A DNA stretch of 64,000 nt from Fibrobacterales bacterium (GTDB lineage: Bacteria; Fibrobacterota; Fibrobacteria; Fibrobacterales; JAOPTW01). The translations under genes were made by a program, and so were the position numbers. The DNA lies in the NCBI GenBank assembly GCA_051532055.1, contig JAOPTX010000037.1, positions 67,180 to 131,179 of the forward strand, in the 5' to 3' direction. Within the stretch, counting starts at the first letter, position 1; every line of letters begins with the position of its first letter. The notes below the pieces were generated by a model. That model had not been told where the DNA came from and did no database searches. It saw only the letters and a program-made list of their open reading frames with translations. Below, piece after piece: positions 1 to 9,791 of the stretch.

Positions 1-798
1 TGAAAGAATAGTACCGTCATGACTTTGTGGTACATAGGTGTTTGTGGAAAGAAGCTGAGAAACGGTATCTGGCTGAGAGAGTACTTTAAAAGTTAACAAG
101 CGTTCTTCAGCAACACTTTCATCTACTGACACCTGATTGTGAGAGAGTGACTGAGCTTTTTGATTGACCAACTCACCACCCCTTAATACTAATAAATCAT
201 CAGCATATTGATCGAGTTCAGCTAATATATGGGATGAAATTAAGAGCGTTACTCCCTCTTCTTTTAGACGAATAAAGAGTTGTGCTAGCTCATGACGAGC
301 CTCTGGATCAAGCCCCGAAGCCGGCTCATCGAGAACGAGTAGTGCCGGACTGTGTATCATCGCTTGTCCAATAGCAACGCGCTGACGCATCCCCCGTGAT
401 AAGCTGCCACAAAGTTTATCACATTTATCCACAAGGTTTAGCCGCGCAACCATCTCTGAAACTCGACTCTCACACTCTTGTTTAGAAAAGCCATGAGCTC
501 GAGCAAAGTATGTCAGCACTTGGTTTACTGTGAGTTTCTCGTAGAGTCCAAAAGTATCAGGAAGATAGCCAATCAATTTTTTACACTCTCTAGGATGAGT
601 CACCACATCGAGTCCATTTATAAAAATGGTACCCTGTAATGGCTTCTGCAGCGTAGTAATGCATTTAAAGAGGGTTGATTTACCTGCACCATTTGGGCCA
701 ACAACAGCAGTTATTGTTCCTGCCTTGATTTCGCAGTAGAGTGATTTAAGGGCGAGCTGCCCTGGATAGGCATACGAAAGATTTTTGATTTTTATCAT
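1..798 (-). CDS. ABC transporter ATP-binding protein (3' end outside window)
   Basis: Manual translation from ATG at 798: MIKIKNLSYAYPG..., Walker A GPNGAGKST, signature LSRGMRQRVAI, Walker B LLVLDEPASGLD. Confidence 0.9.
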   Translation of the reverse strand, partial: MIKIKNLSYAYPGQLALKSLYCEIKAGTITAVVGPNGAGKSTLFKCITTLQKPLQGTIFINGLDVVTHPRECKKLIGYLPDTFGLYEKLTVNQVLTYFARAHGFSKQECESRVSEMVARLNLVDKCDKLCGSLSRGMRQRVAIGQAMIHSPALLVLDEPASGLDPEARHELAQLFIRLKEEGVTLLISSHILAELDQYADDLLVLRGGELVNQKAQSLSHNQVSVDESVAEERLLTFKVLSQPDTVSQLLSTNTYVPQSHDGTILS

Positions 799-1097
799 GG
801 TTCATATGTAGAAAAAGGGAGCGTTTTAGGCGAGTTCCTACAAATCAGCCTTTTTTTGGAGATCATTACCAAAAATAACCCACATAAGCCATCAATATTT
901 GTCTACAACACAAAGATGTAAGCCGAACAACAAAACCCATATTATGCTCATTTAACAAACACTATTGCCCATTAAGTGAACATTACACTAACTATTTTGT
1001 AAAGTTTATAGTTACATTTAATTGTCTACTTGTTCTTTATATATATTACGAGTACACACTATACAAATACCATACATACACATACAAGAAGAGACCG

Positions 1098-4000
1098 ATG
1101 AAACAATTAGCCTTAATAATTCTACTGTCCGCAATAACCCTTTTCTCTCAAAGGCTCGACAACCGTCGTCATCAAGACTCCCTCAATACCATAATTGAGC
1201 CCATTCGAACCAATCAAGCTGGTTATCGAACAAGTGATAACATTAAAAGAGCAATTATAGAGCTCGATAAGCCGAATTTAGATCAACACTTCATTCTGAT
1301 AAATGACAACAATAAAGAAGTATTTAAAGGTGAGCTTAAATATCTCGGTGATTACAAAGCCCTCAATGGTGACATAGAGATTAAAGCATATCATAAATCT
1401 ATTAATGTTTTATACAGCATGAAATCAACCTCGGACAATCAAGAATTCCTCTATGAAGCAGACTTTGGTGATTTCAAAACAGATGGAACCTATCGTCTTG
1501 CTGTAGAAGATGACACATCCTATCCTTTTGAAATAAAAGAAACTCTCTACAATGATATCATGGAGTATTCTCTCCAATTTTTCGGTGTTCAGCGTTCTGG
1601 AGATAATAATTCTTGGTTTCACCCCAAATCTAATATGATGGATGGCTCAGCTCGAGGCCCTGGGAAAGAGGGCTCCCTTTCTGGAGGCTGGTATGATTGT
1701 GGAGACCACTTTAAAGTAGCTCAGACCACCGCCTATGCCTTTACCAACCTCACCCTCGCCTATCTTTTTTGGCCAGAAAAAGCAGAAGATCGCTTTGGAC
1801 ATTCATACAGCCAAAAGGCACCAAGAGCCAATGATGGTATTCCTGATATACTTTGGGAGGCTAAAATTGGTGCTGACTATATCTATAAACTGTATCTTGC
1901 CTCAAAAGAAGACGGACTCATTAAAGAGCATGACATGTATCAGCAAGTTGGCGTAACCGAGTGGGACCATAAACTTTGGGTACAACCTGAATATAGAGAT
2001 TATGTACCAGAAGAACTCGGTGGTCCAAATAGAAAAATCGATGCAGACATTGGCCCTGATATGGCCGGACAATTTGCCGGAACCCTCGCTCTTTTTTCAA
2101 GCGCCTGGAAAAAATATGACGCTGAGTATGCAGCATTACTCCTTGAGGCATCTAAAGAGATATATGAAAAGCTCGTAATCCACAATATTGAAGGAAAAAA
2201 TTATTGGGATTGGCCAAAATCATATTCCAATGTACAATTTTACCCACAGCAGACCCGTATTGATGATGATGTCGCTATGGGAGCACTTGGCCTTTGGTAT
2301 GCCACAAAGGATGATCAATATAAACATGACCTTCTTGAAAACGAAGACTATGGCAAAAACCTAAATCATGGTTTCCCAGGGAACGAACACATCTTCCCCG
2401 CCGGACTACTAAGTAGTGACCCATCAGGCTTTTACCCAGGCGGTTGGGTATCTGACTATCAAAATATTCACCCACAAGTTGCATCGGCACTCTATATGCT
2501 CATTGTGAGAGATGAAGATGTTGCAAAAGAATACGGGCTCTCTACAGATGATCAAGAACAATTACGAGAAACTATTCTCGCACTCTTAACCCAAAAAACA
2601 ATTGCTGAAGGATACACCAACCAGGTTGACAGTACACTCTCTGCAGACAATCTTTACGAATCAGTTAAAATTGTTGATAATTTAAAAGTAGCTAAACCCT
2701 ACAATCTTAGATGGACCTCTGTTGCCTGGGGATTTAATCGATACAATATGGGTGCGGTAACGGCCGTTGCCCTTGCCTCAGAAATACTCTCTGACATCAA
2801 TGACCCAAAAGCAGAACAGTATCAACAGGTGGTCATTGATAATCTTGATTATGTACTGGGAAAAAACCCATGGAATATCTCATTTATTATGGGGGCCGGC
2901 GACAAGCACCTTCAACATATTCATCACAGAAATGCTAACCCTGATGGCTATAATGGCGGGGCAATCCCGTATGATTACCGTGAACCCACTGGCGCCTTTA
3001 TGGGTGGGGCCGCCCCTGGGAGTCTCTTAATTGAGAGCTTCCCTGAGTATGTTGTCACAGAAACCTGTATCGACTACTCATCTCAACTACTATTCGTAGC
3101 GCAACAACTCAGTAAGAAGCTCCCCCGAGATACAAAAGACCCAGAGCTCTTTACCGTAATAGCTAATCCTGTTGAAGAAACATCAGCAACCATACGTTGG
3201 GAATTTAATGAACTCACCAATGATCAATTAGAGTTGTATACCGACACCAACAGCTCTTCAATTCTTGATACTCTTGTTACTTCACAAGCATCAAAAACAT
3301 GGATCTTAAACAACCTTGAACCCAACACCAAATACTGGGTAAAATTACAGGGAACTGACATCGCTGACAATAGGGACCAGTGGCAATGGCATTCATTTAA
3401 AACATCAAAAGCCCCTATTGAACCTACTTGGGAATCCGTTGATGCCTGTAACATTAGCCATAACGACGCAACAGTCGCCTGGTGGTCTCCTAATCAGTTT
3501 ATCTCTTCGGGAATTAATTTGAGTACCAATTCTGATCTATCACGATCCCTTTTTATTGAAGAACATTCATTTGGGGCTTTTCACCAAATTGTTGCAGATG
3601 AACTATTACCCAATACCACTTACTACTATGACCGTGTGAGTGGCTCTGCAATTGATGACAATGACGGAAAACATTATACATTCAAAACCCGTGAAGCATT
3701 TGTCGATTATTCAATCTATGTCAAACCCATCAATAAAAACTACCAACCTCACTTTGTCGTTAGTATTGTCAATAATGAATTAATCCCGTATGCTGACCTA
3801 GAAATGCGGCTGTACTTGACTATTGATGCTGAATCTCCTGAAGAAATCAAACCATTCATAACCAACATGCAACTTTTTAAAGTCGATGGTTTAGCTGGGG
3901 GCTCTATTGTAATGGAGGCGGGAGAACTCGTTGATATTGATGTATCAAATAATGAGTATTATTTACCTATCACCATAAAAGACACCCTTCCTGTAGGAGG

Positions 4001-5180
4001 CCGAGCAAGCTACGAACTCGAGTTTAGACGATTTGACAAAGATGGAGCTCAAACAGGGATCGACAAAGATGCCCTTATTAACTCCTGGTCATTTAGAGCG
4101 CATAACGACTCTAAAAACGACCCTATCTTAGAAGATGGGGTTAACTGGGCGATGATGAGTGAATTTTCTTCAACAAATGACTGGGAAGTAGTTGATGGCG
4201 TTCCCTATCTTTCATTTCAAGAAAATCATTATATCCCCGTATTCTACAAAGGTTCACACCATGTCTATGGCTATGCTCCAGACTTTGAAAACCCACTGAG
4301 CCTTAAAACCTTTGAGCTCGAAACCAATGCCCCCTTCTTCATGGATGCCGAAAAAGCGTGGGTTTATAACGATCAAAATCCTACCCTGAGTGGAAGCGCT
4401 ACCGTCCTTCCCTATGGAGACATCACAAATATTGAAGTAAATGGTGACCGCCAAAATATCGACAGCGATCAAACAGTTGCCTTTTCAATTGATGTTAATG
4501 ACATTCCTAACTTTGATCCATTAACCGAATTGGTTGTTTGGAGTGACAAAGGTACCGAAGAGTGTTCTTTTACGTATAAAAGATGGCTGATTGATTATGA
4601 TGACGAGAAACCCAGTTCATCAGAAGAGGAAAAGGAAGAACTCTCATCAGCTGAAATAGAATCCTCAAGCGAAGAGATAGAGACCACAGAAAGCTCGACT
4701 GAAGAGGTATCATCAGAAGAGGAACCCATACACTTTGATCCCCCAAAAGAAGTGATCGAAGGTGACTTCTCTCTGCTTTTTCAGAAAAACCTTTATATTT
4801 CAGAAGAGCCTGAATTCATAAGAGAAGAAAACATTAGCCTCGAACAGTATGATGACAACCACAGCTTTACTATTGAAGTATCGGATATTCCACCGAATGC
4901 TGAGGAATACACGTTAAGATTTGTAGGGGCCATCTATAGTATTGAAGGACTCTTTATTGAAGAATTTGATCTTTCTCTCGAAGGTGATTCCTTTGAAATA
5001 GGCGAAGAGTATAGCTTTCAGTGGAATAATAGAGATGTAAATGGCAACCTATTAGATCAGAAAGGACGCCTCCTTGGCTCGGGAATTTACCTCATGAATT
5101 TCCACTATACATCAAGTGGACCAACCGGTACAGTACAGACTCAAATGTTTGTCAAGATGGGTTATTTAAGAATGTTTTAA
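1098..5180 (+). CDS. Secreted multidomain GH9 endoglucanase (Ig-like + GH9 + Fn3-like + CBM-like + acidic linker + C-terminal sorting domain)
   Basis: Signal peptide; GGWYDCGDH, DILWEAKIGADY, NLDYVLGKNPWNISF, HIHHR and TETCIDY GH9 motifs; Glu/Ser linker; GRLLGSGIYL...KMGYLR tail. Confidence 0.88.
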   Translation: MKQLALIILLSAITLFSQRLDNRRHQDSLNTIIEPIRTNQAGYRTSDNIKRAIIELDKPNLDQHFILINDNNKEVFKGELKYLGDYKALNGDIEIKAYHKSINVLYSMKSTSDNQEFLYEADFGDFKTDGTYRLAVEDDTSYPFEIKETLYNDIMEYSLQFFGVQRSGDNNSWFHPKSNMMDGSARGPGKEGSLSGGWYDCGDHFKVAQTTAYAFTNLTLAYLFWPEKAEDRFGHSYSQKAPRANDGIPDILWEAKIGADYIYKLYLASKEDGLIKEHDMYQQVGVTEWDHKLWVQPEYRDYVPEELGGPNRKIDADIGPDMAGQFAGTLALFSSAWKKYDAEYAALLLEASKEIYEKLVIHNIEGKNYWDWPKSYSNVQFYPQQTRIDDDVAMGALGLWYATKDDQYKHDLLENEDYGKNLNHGFPGNEHIFPAGLLSSDPSGFYPGGWVSDYQNIHPQVASALYMLIVRDEDVAKEYGLSTDDQEQLRETILALLTQKTIAEGYTNQVDSTLSADNLYESVKIVDNLKVAKPYNLRWTSVAWGFNRYNMGAVTAVALASEILSDINDPKAEQYQQVVIDNLDYVLGKNPWNISFIMGAGDKHLQHIHHRNANPDGYNGGAIPYDYREPTGAFMGGAAPGSLLIESFPEYVVTETCIDYSSQLLFVAQQLSKKLPRDTKDPELFTVIANPVEETSATIRWEFNELTNDQLELYTDTNSSSILDTLVTSQASKTWILNNLEPNTKYWVKLQGTDIADNRDQWQWHSFKTSKAPIEPTWESVDACNISHNDATVAWWSPNQFISSGINLSTNSDLSRSLFIEEHSFGAFHQIVADELLPNTTYYYDRVSGSAIDDNDGKHYTFKTREAFVDYSIYVKPINKNYQPHFVVSIVNNELIPYADLEMRLYLTIDAESPEEIKPFITNMQLFKVDGLAGGSIVMEAGELVDIDVSNNEYYLPITIKDTLPVGGRASYELEFRRFDKDGAQTGIDKDALINSWSFRAHNDSKNDPILEDGVNWAMMSEFSSTNDWEVVDGVPYLSFQENHYIPVFYKGSHHVYGYAPDFENPLSLKTFELETNAPFFMDAEKAWVYNDQNPTLSGSATVLPYGDITNIEVNGDRQNIDSDQTVAFSIDVNDIPNFDPLTELVVWSDKGTEECSFTYKRWLIDYDDEKPSSSEEEKEELSSAEIESSSEEIETTESSTEEVSSEEEPIHFDPPKEVIEGDFSLLFQKNLYISEEPEFIREENISLEQYDDNHSFTIEVSDIPPNAEEYTLRFVGAIYSIEGLFIEEFDLSLEGDSFEIGEEYSFQWNNRDVNGNLLDQKGRLLGSGIYLMNFHYTSSGPTGTVQTQMFVKMGYLRMF

Positions 5181-5206
5181 ACATTACGAATAAAACCGCA
5201 AAACCC

Positions 5207-5235
5207 TGCGCCCCTCCTTCTATACTTGGGGCGCA
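5207..5235 (+). terminator. Hairpin downstream of GH9
   Basis: tgcgcccc...ggggcgca stem followed by AT-rich tract. Confidence 0.55.
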
Positions 5236-5346
5236 TTAATTATTCAATCTAAAACCGTCGAATTTTAATGTCACGGCCTTTTTTGCACATCTAAAATGTC
5301 AATTGTATGTATCTTTTCAATAACATAATTTAGTGGTTGGAATAAG

Positions 5347-6957
5347 ATGAATTCTCTACCCGAGTGTAATATATACTTTACCGGATTTATGGCTACCGGT
5401 AAGACCCGTATAGGGGAAGCAACTGCCAAGAATTTTAACTGGGAATTTATCGATACCGATAAATATATCGCAGAGAAAGAAGGAATAACCATATCTGAAA
5501 TATTTCAGACACATGGTGAACCCTATTTTCGTCAAAAAGAACTTGAAACGGTCGAAGAGATCTCTCAACAGAAGCAAAAAATTATTGCGTTGGGTGGTGG
5601 TGCCGTTACAAATCCTGAAATTTTAAAGATCATTCGAGCAACAGGTATTTTGGTACGCCTTTGGGCCCCAATCGATGTAATCTCTGAGCGGATTTCACGT
5701 AAAGATACTCGTCCTCTCATGTCAGGACTCGATGATAAGGAACGTAAGGCAAAAATTGAGCAGATGCTCAAAGTACGTGACCCCTATTATAGTCAAGCTG
5801 ACTTCTCTATTGAAAGTAATGAGACCTGTAAGGTTTCGGATATTGTCTCACAAATCAAGAGACTCTCGAGTGCATGGCAATACAAAAAAGTTGAAGTCAC
5901 CACCAGTGGTGGTCATTACCCGATATTTATCGGTAGAAACTTTACGCCTCTCTTTAAATCAATCTTTGAAGGCTTGAATCTTGAGACCAGCTATCTGATC
6001 TGCACAGATTCAAACGTTTTTAAAGCTCAAAAAGAGAATATAAAGACAATCCAGAAACAAGCAGGCAAGTGCCGTGTCTTTCAATTTAAGGCCGGCGAGT
6101 CATTCAAGAATTTAAACAACTTGAACAAACTATACACTTACATGCTTAACAAACAGTACACGCGCAAATCCACCCTTTTACAATTTAGTGGTGGAGTCGG
6201 TGGTGATATGGCAGGCTTTGCAGCTGCGACCTACCAACGTGGTATTAACTTTATACAAGTCCCTACAACACTCCTCTCTATGGTCGATAGTTCTGTAGGT
6301 GGGAAAGTTGCGGTGAACCATACTGCCGGTAAAAATATGATCGGCGCATTTTATCAACCGAAAGCAGTATTGATTAACCTTGATGTATTAGAAACCCTTG
6401 AACCGATAGAGTATCTTGCTGGCCTTGCCGAAGTTATTAAATATGGTGTCATCTGGGATAGCGAATTTTTTAATTGGCTTGAAGCTAATGTTCAGAATCT
6501 AAAAGATCGAGAGTACGACACTCTTGAATACGCGGTGCGCCGTTGTTGCGAAATAAAAGCCGAGGTTGTTGGACTCGATGAAAAAGAGAACAACATCCGA
6601 GCGATCCTCAATTATGGGCACACCTTTGGCCATGCTATTGAAAAAGTGACCAACTACAAAGAGTACTCACATGGAATTGCTGTATCACTCGGCATGCGTG
6701 TTGCTGCTCGTATGGCAACTGCTATGACCCTTTGGAAAGCAGAGGATGAAGCTCGCCAAAACAATCTCTTAAATGCGTTTGGGTTTCCTACCACCTATGC
6801 TATTGATAAAGAGGAAGCTTGGAATGCTATGGCTGTGGATAAAAAGGCCGACAAGGATACCCGAGTCTATATCCTCCCTTCAAAAATGGGGAAAGTAGAA
6901 AAAGTGTTTAACCCTCCTAAAGAGATGGTTGATGCAGCGTGGGATGCAATTGGATAA
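5347..6957 (+). CDS. aroKB: Bifunctional shikimate kinase / 3-dehydroquinate synthase
   Basis: N-terminal GFMATGKT P-loop, DTD, LGGG; C-terminal GDMAGFAAATYQRGI, VDSSVGGKVAVN, LNYGHTFGHAIE. Confidence 0.95.
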   Translation: MNSLPECNIYFTGFMATGKTRIGEATAKNFNWEFIDTDKYIAEKEGITISEIFQTHGEPYFRQKELETVEEISQQKQKIIALGGGAVTNPEILKIIRATGILVRLWAPIDVISERISRKDTRPLMSGLDDKERKAKIEQMLKVRDPYYSQADFSIESNETCKVSDIVSQIKRLSSAWQYKKVEVTTSGGHYPIFIGRNFTPLFKSIFEGLNLETSYLICTDSNVFKAQKENIKTIQKQAGKCRVFQFKAGESFKNLNNLNKLYTYMLNKQYTRKSTLLQFSGGVGGDMAGFAAATYQRGINFIQVPTTLLSMVDSSVGGKVAVNHTAGKNMIGAFYQPKAVLINLDVLETLEPIEYLAGLAEVIKYGVIWDSEFFNWLEANVQNLKDREYDTLEYAVRRCCEIKAEVVGLDEKENNIRAILNYGHTFGHAIEKVTNYKEYSHGIAVSLGMRVAARMATAMTLWKAEDEARQNNLLNAFGFPTTYAIDKEEAWNAMAVDKKADKDTRVYILPSKMGKVEKVFNPPKEMVDAAWDAIG

Positions 6958-6994
6958 TACCACGCCGTAAAAGAGCTGGGTTAATGGAGAGTTT

Positions 6995-7972
6995 ATGAGC
7001 GTTATGGTTACTGGAGGTACGGGTTCACTCGGATACCACCTCCTCAACATTATTACCAAACATAAGGGAGAGCTTCTCTCCTTTAGTGAAAACAAAGTAC
7101 ACCCCTATCGTAAGGTAGGCCATGTTAAATATTTGACTGGTAATCTTCACGACATTAAAGCCCTCAAGGCAGTTCTTTCTCATTATAAACCAGATGAAAT
7201 ATACCATCTTGCTTCGCAGTCCAGTGTACTCGTTTCTCACCAGAAACCCTATGAAACACTGATGACCAATGTACTTGGAACTCAAAATTTACTCGAAGCA
7301 GTCCGTCAAACAGTACCTAATTCAAAAGTGCTCCTCTTAAGCTCTAGTGAAGTCTATGGTCGCGGTACTGGGCTTCTTGATGTTATGCACTCTGAGAAAG
7401 ACCAACTGAAACCACTGACTCCTTTTGCAGCGAGTAAAGCAGCAATGGAACTCATTGGAACACAATTTTATGAAGCGTATGGCTTACAAGTGTCTATTGC
7501 ACGACCTTTTCTGTACACTGGGCCCCAGCATTCACGCCGCTTTGCTATTCCCGATATCGCATCTCAACTGATTAACATTATCGATAATCATGTTGAGCCG
7601 ATACTGTATACCGGCAACCTTGACGTATCACGTGATATCATTGATGGACGTGATCTTGCAAGAGCTCTAGTGCTCATAATGAATACCAGTGAAAAACGAA
7701 AAATCTACAACATCTGTAGTGGTCAAGCTCGTACTATTCGTGAAGTGGTTGAAGACATGATTGAGCTGACTGGTATTGAAGTTGACATCAGAATTGATCC
7801 CCGCCTAGAACGCATTAACGACATCCCTCTCTTGGTTGGATCACCACAAAAAATCATGAATGAGACCGGCTGGAAACCCATGATTGCCTTAGAAGATAGC
7901 CTGAATGACCTTCTCACAGAAATGCGCATTCGAATCCGTGAAGGTGTAGTTATAGACACTGCAAAGCGTTAA
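6995..7972 (+). CDS. NAD-dependent sugar-nucleotide epimerase/dehydratase (GDP-mannose dehydratase/Rmd-like)
   Basis: VTGGTGSLG Rossmann motif, IYHLASQSSV, SSSEVYG, GNLDVSRD; note FAASK in place of the usual YxxxK. Confidence 0.85.
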   Translation: MSVMVTGGTGSLGYHLLNIITKHKGELLSFSENKVHPYRKVGHVKYLTGNLHDIKALKAVLSHYKPDEIYHLASQSSVLVSHQKPYETLMTNVLGTQNLLEAVRQTVPNSKVLLLSSSEVYGRGTGLLDVMHSEKDQLKPLTPFAASKAAMELIGTQFYEAYGLQVSIARPFLYTGPQHSRRFAIPDIASQLINIIDNHVEPILYTGNLDVSRDIIDGRDLARALVLIMNTSEKRKIYNICSGQARTIREVVEDMIELTGIEVDIRIDPRLERINDIPLLVGSPQKIMNETGWKPMIALEDSLNDLLTEMRIRIREGVVIDTAKR

Positions 7973-7984
7973 AGGCTCTTTTAT

Positions 7985-9001
7985 CTATAATGATATAGAG
8001 CTTTTGAATACTTCCTTTAATATTTTATTTGCACGTTCTTTTTCGAACCAATTATAGAGATAGGGCGCCACATGCTGATAGATTATTTGCGTGAGTAATG
8101 TACTCCAAAGCACCCCTTCTTTTACTGATGAGGGAATAACAATTTCATCCCCCGGCTGAGTATAGCCTTCATCATCGATAAAATCAATAACCTGCTCAAT
8201 AATAAAATCATCCCAAAACCCAGAGTCAACTTCTGGATTGTAGATGTCGATAAAATCTTTGAGAAGTGGCGCTGACCACGCACGTGGTGCGACATCGAAA
8301 AGATTAACATAGCGGTTCAGTGTAGTGGAAGACCCATTATGCAACGTCGCAGCACAGTATTCAGCAAATGCAGCATCTCCAGCTGTAGGACCTGCATAGG
8401 CATAGATTTCAATTGATATCGACTGTAAAATGGGAAGTCGTTCATACATCCACAAGGTGAGCGTTGGCCCAATCAATCCTCCAAGGCTATGACCCGTAAC
8501 TCTAAGAGTAGCATCGGGATGACTCGTAAAGTACCTCTCTATAAAGTCGTACAATCGATCTCCTCCACAACAACTTTTAGAGGGAGTGTGCCCCACAGAC
8601 TCACTGAGTGACCGACGAGCTCCTTTTGAGATATTACCTTTAGAAGGGTCACTGGGATCCCATGGCACCATATCCCCCACAGCGAAGTCCTGGCGCAACC
8701 ATGTCTTAAGAGAGAGCGGGTTAGTCCCCCGAATAACCAAGGTAAGGTCATTACTCTCCTTTTCTCGACAGACAAAAATAGTGGTGTTTGCATAAGAGAA
8801 ACAGCTGGGAAAATCGAGAGTCGGTCCCCACACAATTTCTTGAGCCCCAAGCTCAGCTCGGTAATCATCAAGCCCTTCTTGAATCTCGTGGCTCACCTTT
8901 CCACAGGCCCAATTTTTAAAAAATTTATAACCGCGCTGTCCCAAATTAAAATAGGCAATATACGCGAGGAGTACCATCTTTCGTTCAATTTCAATAGACA
9001 T
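7985..9001 (-). CDS. Lipase class 3 family protein
   Basis: VIRGT, VTGHSLGG nucleophile elbow, YAGPTAGD, VNLFDVAP; start placed at MSIEIE. Confidence 0.85.
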   Translation of the reverse strand: MSIEIERKMVLLAYIAYFNLGQRGYKFFKNWACGKVSHEIQEGLDDYRAELGAQEIVWGPTLDFPSCFSYANTTIFVCREKESNDLTLVIRGTNPLSLKTWLRQDFAVGDMVPWDPSDPSKGNISKGARRSLSESVGHTPSKSCCGGDRLYDFIERYFTSHPDATLRVTGHSLGGLIGPTLTLWMYERLPILQSISIEIYAYAGPTAGDAAFAEYCAATLHNGSSTTLNRYVNLFDVAPRAWSAPLLKDFIDIYNPEVDSGFWDDFIIEQVIDFIDDEGYTQPGDEIVIPSSVKEGVLWSTLLTQIIYQHVAPYLYNWFEKERANKILKEVFKSSISL

Positions 9002-9099
9002 AACAATACAGCACAAATCAAATCATGAGAACAAGATAATAAAAATGTGAAAAGAATGATTCAGGTAACGCAACGAATGCAAGCAAAGCGAGCAGAGAA

Positions 9100-9166
9100 A
9101 GCAATTGTACACAAAGTGCACAGAGCAAAGTGCAAAGAGAGCAATTGTGCACAAAGCGCACAGAGC
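9100..9166. repeat. 27-bp direct repeat x2 (period 40 bp)
   Basis: agcaattgtacacaaagtgcacagagc (9100) vs agcaattgtgcacaaagcgcacagagc (9140), 25/27 identical. Confidence 0.8.
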
Positions 9167-9174
9167 GACAACAC

Positions 9175-9279
9175 ATAATCGATTTTAAATGATCAGATAC
9201 AAGGCATTCAAGGCGACAGCGTACAAAGTGTACGCCGAGTCTTGAATAACGCCGTAGATAATCGTTTAAAATCGATTAT
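9175..9279. mobile_element. 105-bp palindromic MITE/ERIC-like element
   Basis: 19-bp terminal inverted repeats (1 mismatch) enclosing attcaag/cttgaat and gcgtaca/tgtacgc nested stems; overlaps the cheW stop codon. Confidence 0.6.
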
Positions 9280-9779
9280 AGGCTAGAAAGAGATTGTAGT
9301 TCGGATACCGAAAGTATCTTTTCAATATCAAGAAGCATTACCACCTTCTCATCAATTTTAGCCATTGAGGTAATAAACTCAGTTTGCACTCCATCTCCAA
9401 ATTCTGGAGTCTCCTGCATTTGTTTATCATCAATGAAAACTACCTCCGATACCGCATCAATAAGCATTCCCATAGTGAGTTCTGTATTTCCAACGGGGAT
9501 CTGGACCACTATAATACAACTGTTATCAGTAGGTTCAATTGATTCCATCTGAAATTTATTGCGAACCTCAACAATAGGAATTATTTTACCCCGTAAATTG
9601 ATTACTCCCAGAACATAATCGGGAGTTTTAGGTACGGCCGTAATATCCTGTAGCTGGATTATTCGTTGAACGGTGAGAATCGGTAGACCATACTCTTCGT
9701 CACCTAACGTGAAAGTCAGGTACTTCCCAGCCATCATATCTTTCTCTACATTTTCTGTTGTTTCTGTTGTTTCACTCAT
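9276..9779 (-). CDS. cheW: Chemotaxis coupling protein CheW
   Basis: KYLTFTLGDEEYG, VLGVINLRGKIIPIV, GMLIDAVSEV, MLLDIEKIL. Confidence 0.95.
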   Translation of the reverse strand: MSETTETTENVEKDMMAGKYLTFTLGDEEYGLPILTVQRIIQLQDITAVPKTPDYVLGVINLRGKIIPIVEVRNKFQMESIEPTDNSCIIVVQIPVGNTELTMGMLIDAVSEVVFIDDKQMQETPEFGDGVQTEFITSMAKIDEKVVMLLDIEKILSVSELQSLSSL

Positions 9780-9791
9780 GAGTGTGCCTCC

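Noticed and set aside
9100..9166. LexA boxes in the 27-bp repeats
   Set aside because: Half-sites are spaced N3 rather than N4 and are imperfect
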